Positions 57,486 to 64,000 of a stretch of 64,000 nt of DNA are shown here, piece after piece. The first letter of the stretch is position 1. The number at the start of each line of letters is the position of its first letter. Source of the DNA: Oligoflexales bacterium (lineage in GTDB: Bacteria; Myxococcota_A; UBA9042; DTJE01); the NCBI GenBank assembly GCA_012840965.1, contig DUVQ01000097.1:5045-69044 (forward strand). The letters run 5' to 3'. The position numbers and the translations under genes were made by a program. The notes under the pieces are model-generated. The model had not been told where the DNA came from and made no database searches. It was given only the letters and a program-made list of their open reading frames with translations.

Positions 57486-60400
57486 CTAGGGCAGCGACCT
57501 TGCCAGTCTAAAGCCCACCCAGGATAAACCATTTGTGGGAATAGCAGAGTTACGGTAGGCTGATCGGCACTCCCCAGCGTTGTTCAAGTATGAGCCACCA
57601 CGATAAGCCCGATTATTGCCTGTACTAGGTCCCAACGGATCAGTACAACCGTTCTTACAACTGTTGTAATGGTCATCAAACCGGTCATTAACCCATTCAC
57701 TCACATTACCGTGAACATCGTACAGACCCCATTGATTTGGTAACCGATCCTTAACTTTTTGAGTCTTGCCAGCTGAGTTATATGAATACCAACCAGCCTC
57801 TGGTAGCCCAATTCCATCGGAGCTATTACCACATACCGGTTGCCCACTGTACCCAACATTGCTTCCCATCCAATACGCGGTGGTAGTTCCAGCTCTAGTC
57901 GCATATTCCCATTCTGCCTCGGTTGGTAAACGATAACCCGTACAGCCAGGACCAAGATAAGTTACATCGCAGGTATATTCGCCAGAACCTGGAGTACCTG
58001 TGCAAGACCCTATGCTGTAACATTTGGACAGGCCCTCTGTTGCGGAGAGTTTATCCGCATAACGAACCGCGTCATACCAATTGACATTGTCCACAGGGCA
58101 CATAGCACAATAGGGTTGGCGCATCGACGGATTGGTGCCTGGAAAGACCGCCTCCCACTCATACTGGGTTACTTCAGTTCGCTTCATCCAGAACGGACGA
58201 GTAATCGTGACTGGATGAATTGGTCCCTCGTTATTAGACCGGCATCCCTCATCGTTAGGAGACCCCATTTGAAAGGTACACGCTGGGATCAAACACCAGT
58301 TGTCGGTGCAAGTACTTGAAGTCACGCATGCATCGTCCAATACACAGCTAGCACCAACGGGGCGGTAGCCTTTGTTACATACACACATGGGTTTAAGTGA
58401 GCCAGTGACTACGCAAGAACCTTTACCACCGCAGGTAACGTTATTACACGGATTAGGCTGACAAAGCGTACCTTGGCTAATGTACCCCTGGTTGCACACA
58501 CATAAGGCCTCATTCGAAGGTGTGACTACACAATGGCCTTGATCACTGCAGGTAACTCCAAAGCAGGCATCTGCGACGCATTGATTGCCACTGTCAAGAC
58601 GGTAGCCCTCGTCACAGACGCAGAGAGCTTGATTGGAAGCGTCGACTACGCAAGAACCATGTTCGGAGCAGGTAACTCCTGAACATACATCTGGGACGCA
58701 CTCATTGCCATTGCCAGGACGGTAGCCCACGTCACAGATACATAAGGCTTGATAGGCAGAGGTGACTATACAAGCACCATTCCCAGCGCAAGAAACTCCA
58801 ACGCATGGATTTGCGACACAGGAACTACCATTGTGGAGGTACCCTTCATTACAGACACATAACGCTTGGTTCTTGGATGTGACAACGCAATTGGCATTTG
58901 CGCCGCAATTGGCGGTTGCACATGGATTCTGTATGGGAAGGCAATCGTTCCCAGTGCTGTAATAGCCTTCGTCACAAACACACAGGGGGTCATTGTCGCC
59001 GGTGGGAACGCAAGAACCGTTGCCTCCGCAGTCGATGCCCGCGCATGGTGAATCCGGCGCCTCATCTTGCACGCACTCGTCGCCGTCAGAATGATAGCCA
59101 GGTCGGCACAGGCAGACAGGGGTATTGTCATGAGCAATCATGCAAACGCCGTCGCCTTCACATTCGACACCATCACAAGGGTCATTTACTGGGGCCACCT
59201 TGCAAACGCCACTTTGCACCGTGTATCCAGGGTCGCACACGCAGATGTGCCCCCCAACTCCAAGTGCACAACGTCCATGCTCGCCACAATTGACTCCCAC
59301 ACATGCATTTGGCGTAGGGATGCAATTGTTGCCTTCTGCATGGTAGCCTTGGTCACATATACATAAGGGTTGGTTGCCACCGGTTACTATACATGAGCCT
59401 TTAAAACTGCAGGTAACGTTTTTGCATGGTGAATCTGGTACCACGTCTTGCACACACTCGTCACCGTCAGAATGATAGCCAGGGCGACAAAGGCAGACGA
59501 CGGTATCATCATGCGCGATGGCACAGACTCCATTGCCAGCGCATATGATCCCTTCACATGGGTCATCTACTGGGGCCACCTTGCAAATTCCATCTTGAAC
59601 TGTGTATCCCGGGTCACACACGCAGATGTGTCCGCCAGAGCCAAGGGCACAACGCCCATGCTCACCGCAATCGACCCCAAAACATGCATTGGCGGCGACA
59701 ACGCAATCGCTTCCAACGCTGTGGTAGCCTTGGTCACATACACACAAAGGTTCATAGGCGCCGGTGATCAAGCACGAGCCATTGTAACTACAGTCAATGT
59801 TTTCGCATGGTGTACCTAGCACTCCCGCTTTCAGACACTGGGCACCGTTAGATTGATAGCCAGGGCGGCACAGGCAGACAGGGGTATTGTCATGCGCGAC
59901 GGCACAGACCCCACCGCCAGCGCACAACACCCCTTCACATGGGTCATTCTGCGGGGGCACCTGGCAAACGCCACCCAGCGATGTATATCCTGGGTCACAG
60001 ACGCAGATTGGCCCATCAGCGCCAACGGCGCAACGTCCGTGCTCGCCACAGTTGGCCTCCGTACACACATTGGTGGCGGCAATGCAATTGTGGCCATCTC
60101 TAAGGAATCCATGGTCGCAGACACACAAGGCTTTATTGTCGCCGGTTACTACACAATGGCCGTTACCACCGCAGGTGATATCTGAACAAGGGTCAGCGAT
60201 GCACTGGTTGCCCTCTCGAAGAAAGCCTGCTTTACATACACACAAGGGTTGGTTGGCAGCAGCGACCACGCAAGAGCCATTGTCAGGGCAGTTAACATCC
60301 GAACATGGGTCAACAAGGCACTCGTTGCCAACTCGAAGATAGCCCTGGTCACAGACGCACAAGGCCTCATTGTCAGCGGTCACCACACAGTGGCTATCGT

Positions 60401-61379
60401 CACCGCAACTAACTCCCAAACATGGGTCAATGACGCACTCGTCGCCATCTCGAAGATACCCTTGGTCGCAGACACACAAGGCCTCATTGGCAGCAGTCAC
60501 CACACAAGAGCCAAAACCACTGCATATGATGCCTGTACAGGGCGAATCTGGCACCACATCTACCACGCACTTGGCCCCATCCGCGTGATAGCCAGGGCGA
60601 CAGTGGCAGACGGCGGTATTATCGTGTGCAACGACACAGGTACCGTTGCCAGCACATACCACTCCTTCACAAGGGTTGTTCACTATGTGTTCCTTGCAAA
60701 CGCCTCCTTGCAGGGTAAATCCTTGGTCACAGACGCAGATTGGCCCCTCAGCTCCAATGGCACAGCGTCCATGGTCACCACAGTTGACTCCTGCACATGC
60801 GTTGGTATTGGCAACGCAATTGTCGCCTTCCAGATGGTAGCCATCGTGGCAGAAACATGATGCTTCATTGGTAGCGCTAACAACACAAAAACCGTTGTCG
60901 CCACAATCGAATCCTACACAAGGACCAGTGGTGGCAACGCAGTTGTTGCCGTCAAGATGGTAGCCTTGGTCACAGACACATAACGGCTTGTTTTCCGAGG
61001 TGACTACGCAAGAGCCGTGACCACCACAGGTGATGCCTTTGCATGGTGTGTATGGCCCTACATCTTCCACGCATTTGGTCCCTTCCGCATGATAGCCGGT
61101 GCGGCAAAGACAGATGGCGCTGTTACCCTGTGTAACAGCACAGACGCCATTACTTCCACATGAGATCCCGTTACAAGGGTCGTCAACCGGGGATTTATTA
61201 CAAACACCGTCTTTCAGGGTGTAACCTGGGTCACAGATGCAGATTGGACCTTTGGAACCGACTGCACAGTGGCCATTGTTGCCACAGTTGACGGACTCAC
61301 AGTAATTCTCGAATTCACCGCCATTGCCACCACAGGCGACGAAGAGCAGCGCGACCAAAGGCAAAGTTCTTTTAAACAT
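57486..61379 (-). CDS. giant Cys-rich repeat lipoprotein with C-terminal FGE/SUMF1-like domain (paralog 3)
   Basis: MFKRTLPLVALLFVAC|GGNGG. 1,297 aa. C-terminus RLPTEAEWEYATRAGTTTAYWMG...GFRLARSLP. Confidence 0.75.
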   Translation of the reverse strand: MFKRTLPLVALLFVACGGNGGEFENYCESVNCGNNGHCAVGSKGPICICDPGYTLKDGVCNKSPVDDPCNGISCGSNGVCAVTQGNSAICLCRTGYHAEGTKCVEDVGPYTPCKGITCGGHGSCVVTSENKPLCVCDQGYHLDGNNCVATTGPCVGFDCGDNGFCVVSATNEASCFCHDGYHLEGDNCVANTNACAGVNCGDHGRCAIGAEGPICVCDQGFTLQGGVCKEHIVNNPCEGVVCAGNGTCVVAHDNTAVCHCRPGYHADGAKCVVDVVPDSPCTGIICSGFGSCVVTAANEALCVCDQGYLRDGDECVIDPCLGVSCGDDSHCVVTADNEALCVCDQGYLRVGNECLVDPCSDVNCPDNGSCVVAAANQPLCVCKAGFLREGNQCIADPCSDITCGGNGHCVVTGDNKALCVCDHGFLRDGHNCIAATNVCTEANCGEHGRCAVGADGPICVCDPGYTSLGGVCQVPPQNDPCEGVLCAGGGVCAVAHDNTPVCLCRPGYQSNGAQCLKAGVLGTPCENIDCSYNGSCLITGAYEPLCVCDQGYHSVGSDCVVAANACFGVDCGEHGRCALGSGGHICVCDPGYTVQDGICKVAPVDDPCEGIICAGNGVCAIAHDDTVVCLCRPGYHSDGDECVQDVVPDSPCKNVTCSFKGSCIVTGGNQPLCICDQGYHAEGNNCIPTPNACVGVNCGEHGRCALGVGGHICVCDPGYTVQSGVCKVAPVNDPCDGVECEGDGVCMIAHDNTPVCLCRPGYHSDGDECVQDEAPDSPCAGIDCGGNGSCVPTGDNDPLCVCDEGYYSTGNDCLPIQNPCATANCGANANCVVTSKNQALCVCNEGYLHNGSSCVANPCVGVSCAGNGACIVTSAYQALCICDVGYRPGNGNECVPDVCSGVTCSEHGSCVVDASNQALCVCDEGYRLDSGNQCVADACFGVTCSDQGHCVVTPSNEALCVCNQGYISQGTLCQPNPCNNVTCGGKGSCVVTGSLKPMCVCNKGYRPVGASCVLDDACVTSSTCTDNWCLIPACTFQMGSPNDEGCRSNNEGPIHPVTITRPFWMKRTEVTQYEWEAVFPGTNPSMRQPYCAMCPVDNVNWYDAVRYADKLSATEGLSKCYSIGSCTGTPGSGEYTCDVTYLGPGCTGYRLPTEAEWEYATRAGTTTAYWMGSNVGYSGQPVCGNSSDGIGLPEAGWYSYNSAGKTQKVKDRLPNQWGLYDVHGNVSEWVNDRFDDHYNSCKNGCTDPLGPSTGNNRAYRGGSYLNNAGECRSAYRNSAIPTNGLSWVGFRLARSLP

Positions 61380-61417
61380 GTAAACCCTCCATGCAGTTAG
61401 GCATAGGGCAAAAGCAA

Positions 61418-64000
61418 CTAGGGTAGTGACCTCACAACGCGAAATCCGTTCAAGGGCGAGCGGGTGGCAGGTGCGCTAGAGCCACGGCTAGCCGACCGAA
61501 CCTTGCCAGCTAAACTACTAAAATCGCCTCCACGCTTAACCTTGTTCTTGAGTGTACCTTGCGGAGGTCCCACTGGATCTGTGCAATCCCCTTCAGAGCA
61601 TTGTTGGTAGTAGTTCAACTTGTACCAGTCGTATACCCATTCTCCAATATTGCCATAAAGATCGTACAAACCCCATGGATTCGGTAGCTTTGCCTCACTT
61701 ACCTGGGTCGTATTGCCTGAGTTATAACCGTACCAAGCAATCTCCGATAGTCCGATTCCTGAAGGGTCACCTGCATTACAAACTTCTGCTCCATTGTACC
61801 CAATGTTGCCTCCTATCCAGTATGCAGTCGTAGTTCCAGCACGAGCGGCATATTCCCACTCTGCCTCGGTTGGCAAACGATATCCTGTGCAACTAAGACC
61901 CTGAAAAATTACCGATGTACAGGTATAGCCGTAATTACCTGGAGTACCTGTGCATCCAGTTGTTATGTAACAGAGGGGTAATCCTTCCTTAGTAGAACGT
62001 GTATTCGCATAGGCAACCGCGTCATACCAACTGACATTATCCACAGGGCAGTCTTCACCACAGGTTTGGTTTTGGGATGGATTGTTGTTAAAGACACTTT
62101 CCCAATCTCCCTGAGTCACCTCACGTTGTCCCATGATAAAAGGACGTGTAATCGTAACAAGATGCGCCGGACCTTCATCGCCATCCCGACATGCTTCAGT
62201 GCTGGGAGAGCCCATCACGAAGGTACATGGTGGGATCAGGCACCAGCCGTTACGGCAAGCACTTAAAGTTGAACACTTTTCAACCCTTACACAGGTGTTG
62301 TCCACACGATGATAGCCTTGGTTACAGACACACAAGGGTTGATTGTCACCGGTGAGTACACAAGAACCATTACCACCGCAGTTGTCACCTAAGCACGGAT
62401 TTGCAACGCAAGTACCATCCACGCGCTGGTAGCCTGGGTGACACACACATAGTGGTTGATTGTCACCGGTGAGAGTGCAAGAGCCGTAATCATCACAGGT
62501 GACCCCTGAGCATGGATCGGCAACGCAAGTACCACCCACGCGCTGGTAACCTGGGTCACAGATACATACGGGTTGATTGTTGTGGGCCAGTACACAAGTA
62601 CCGTTACCGCAGTCGATGGCTGAACATGCATCTGCGACGCAGGCGTTGTCATCACTACGGTAGCCATGCCCACACACACATATGGCATCAAACTCATCAG
62701 TGACTATGCAAGAACCTGCATCAGGGCTCGATCCATCACACAGGGCATCTTCACATGGACTGGGATTGCAAAATTGGCGGTTGCTTAGGTATCCAGGTTC
62801 ACAGACACATAAGGCCTCTTGATCAGCGGTGACCACACATAGTTGGTTGTTACCGCAGTAGACTTTGGTACACGGATTATCGGTAGAAACGCATGTGCCG
62901 CCCGAAAGGTGGTTGCCTTGGTCGCAGATGCACAAGGGTTCGTTGTCGCTGGTGACAACGCAAGAGCCTCTGTTATTGCAGGTGACGCCCGCACAAGGTG
63001 AATCCGGCACCAAATCTTGCACACACTGGGTGCCATCAGAGTGATAGCCTGGGCGGCATAGGCAGACGGCGGTATTGTCATTAGCAATCATGCAAACGCC
63101 GTCGCCAGCACATTCGACACCATCACAAGGGTCATTTACTGGGGCTACCTCGCACACCCCCTGTTGCACTGTGTATCCAGGGTCGCAGACGCAGATTGTT
63201 CCGTTGGCACCAAGCGCACAACGCCCATGCTCACCACAGTTGACCACCGCACATGGATTAGGGGTGGCGACGCAATTGTTGCCCACCCGGTGGTAGCCTT
63301 GGTCGCAGACGCATAATGGCTGATTGGCACCGGTGACCACGCAGGAACCTTTGTAACTGCAGGTGATGTCCTTACATGGCGAATCTGGAGCCACATCTTG
63401 CCTACATTCGGCACCGTCAGAAAGATAGCCAGGGCGGCACAGGCAGGTAGGTGTGTTGTCATGCGCAATCATGCAAGCGCCATTGCCAGCACATTCGACA
63501 CCATTGCATGGGTCATATACTGGAGCTGCCTTGCACACCCCTTGTTGCACTGTGTATCCTTCGTCGCAGACGCAGAACGGCCCCGCAGCGCCAAGCGCAC
63601 AACGCCCATTGTTGCCGCAGTTGACATTCGTGCATGCATCAGTGCCGGCAACGCAGTCGTTTTGAACTCGATAGAAGCCTTGGTCGCATATACACAAGGC
63701 CTGATTGGCGCCGGTGACCACGCAAGAACCGTTGTCGTTGCAGTCAACGCCATCGCATGGTGAATCCACCGGCTCCAATTCATCATCTTTCAGACACCTG
63801 TCACCATCCGAATGATAGCCAGGGCGGCAGATGCAGACAGGGGTGTTATCGTGCGCGACAGCGCAGACTCCGTTGCCAGCACATATGACATTTTCACAGG
63901 GGTCATCTACTTGGGATTCTTGGCAAACCCCTTGTTGCAGTGTAAATCCAGGGTCACAGATGCAGATTGGCCCCGCTGCGCCAACGCCACAATGTCCATG
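61418..64000 (-). CDS. giant Cys-rich repeat protein with C-terminal FGE/SUMF1-like domain (paralog 4; N-terminus beyond window end)
   Basis: The frame stays open upstream of the TTG at 63778 (…VCICRPGYHSDGDRCLKDDELEPVDSPC…), so the gene continues past 64000. C-terminus RLPTEAEWEYAARAGTTTAYWIG...GFRVVRSLP. Confidence 0.7.
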   Translation of the reverse strand, partial: HGHCGVGAAGPICICDPGFTLQQGVCQESQVDDPCENVICAGNGVCAVAHDNTPVCICRPGYHSDGDRCLKDDELEPVDSPCDGVDCNDNGSCVVTGANQALCICDQGFYRVQNDCVAGTDACTNVNCGNNGRCALGAAGPFCVCDEGYTVQQGVCKAAPVYDPCNGVECAGNGACMIAHDNTPTCLCRPGYLSDGAECRQDVAPDSPCKDITCSYKGSCVVTGANQPLCVCDQGYHRVGNNCVATPNPCAVVNCGEHGRCALGANGTICVCDPGYTVQQGVCEVAPVNDPCDGVECAGDGVCMIANDNTAVCLCRPGYHSDGTQCVQDLVPDSPCAGVTCNNRGSCVVTSDNEPLCICDQGNHLSGGTCVSTDNPCTKVYCGNNQLCVVTADQEALCVCEPGYLSNRQFCNPSPCEDALCDGSSPDAGSCIVTDEFDAICVCGHGYRSDDNACVADACSAIDCGNGTCVLAHNNQPVCICDPGYQRVGGTCVADPCSGVTCDDYGSCTLTGDNQPLCVCHPGYQRVDGTCVANPCLGDNCGGNGSCVLTGDNQPLCVCNQGYHRVDNTCVRVEKCSTLSACRNGWCLIPPCTFVMGSPSTEACRDGDEGPAHLVTITRPFIMGQREVTQGDWESVFNNNPSQNQTCGEDCPVDNVSWYDAVAYANTRSTKEGLPLCYITTGCTGTPGNYGYTCTSVIFQGLSCTGYRLPTEAEWEYAARAGTTTAYWIGGNIGYNGAEVCNAGDPSGIGLSEIAWYGYNSGNTTQVSEAKLPNPWGLYDLYGNIGEWVYDWYKLNYYQQCSEGDCTDPVGPPQGTLKNKVKRGGDFSSLAGKVRSASRGSSAPATRSPLNGFRVVRSLP

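Noticed and set aside
49117-61379. Calling the C-terminal domains bona fide formylglycine-generating enzymes (sulfatase maturases)
   Set aside because: The catalytic Cys pair is missing in all four paralogs, and no sulfatase genes are nearby. They are annotated only as FGE/SUMF1-like fold.

Overview
This 64 kb window is a moderately GC-rich bacterial chromosomal segment with dense coding on both strands. The gene content is consistent with a Myxococcota-like lineage: a MYXO-CTERM-type C-terminal sorting signal, Myxococcus-type Cys-rich repeats, abundant lipoproteins and a TonB/ExbBD system.

Housekeeping genes are archaeal-type proS, ahcY, folK, holA, a dinG-like helicase and an initiator tRNA-fMet.

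A complete rnfCDGEAB operon is followed by an RseC-like gene. Upstream of it sit a YdiF-type CoA-transferase and an Ldh_2-family dehydrogenase.

Two divergent B12-binding radical-SAM genes are flanked by a DUF2505/SRPBCC protein, a lipoprotein with EQAAQ repeats and an ArsA/GET3-like ATPase.

An exbB-exbD-tonB-lipoprotein-receptor operon encodes an outer-membrane receptor that carries an N-terminal TonB-C-like domain.

A 2,085-aa surface lipoprotein contains near-identical 483-bp tandem coding repeats and a 165-bp Cys-rich repeat array.

The most striking region is a head-to-tail array of four giant paralogous lipoproteins (about 1,270 to 1,380 aa each, the last truncated by the window edge). 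Each is built from dozens of EGF-like Cys-rich modules and ends in an FGE/SUMF1-like domain that lacks the catalytic cysteine pair.

Non-coding structure is unusual:
- G-rich hexanucleotide (GGGRCA)n arrays with G-quadruplex potential sit at 11 or more gene boundaries. One is 280 bp long, and one is used in-frame as the TonB proline-rich spacer.
- A roughly 250 bp structured repeat element occurs twice. One copy carries a nested 112-bp MITE-like insertion with terminal inverted repeats.

No CRISPR, rRNA or obvious prophage was seen.
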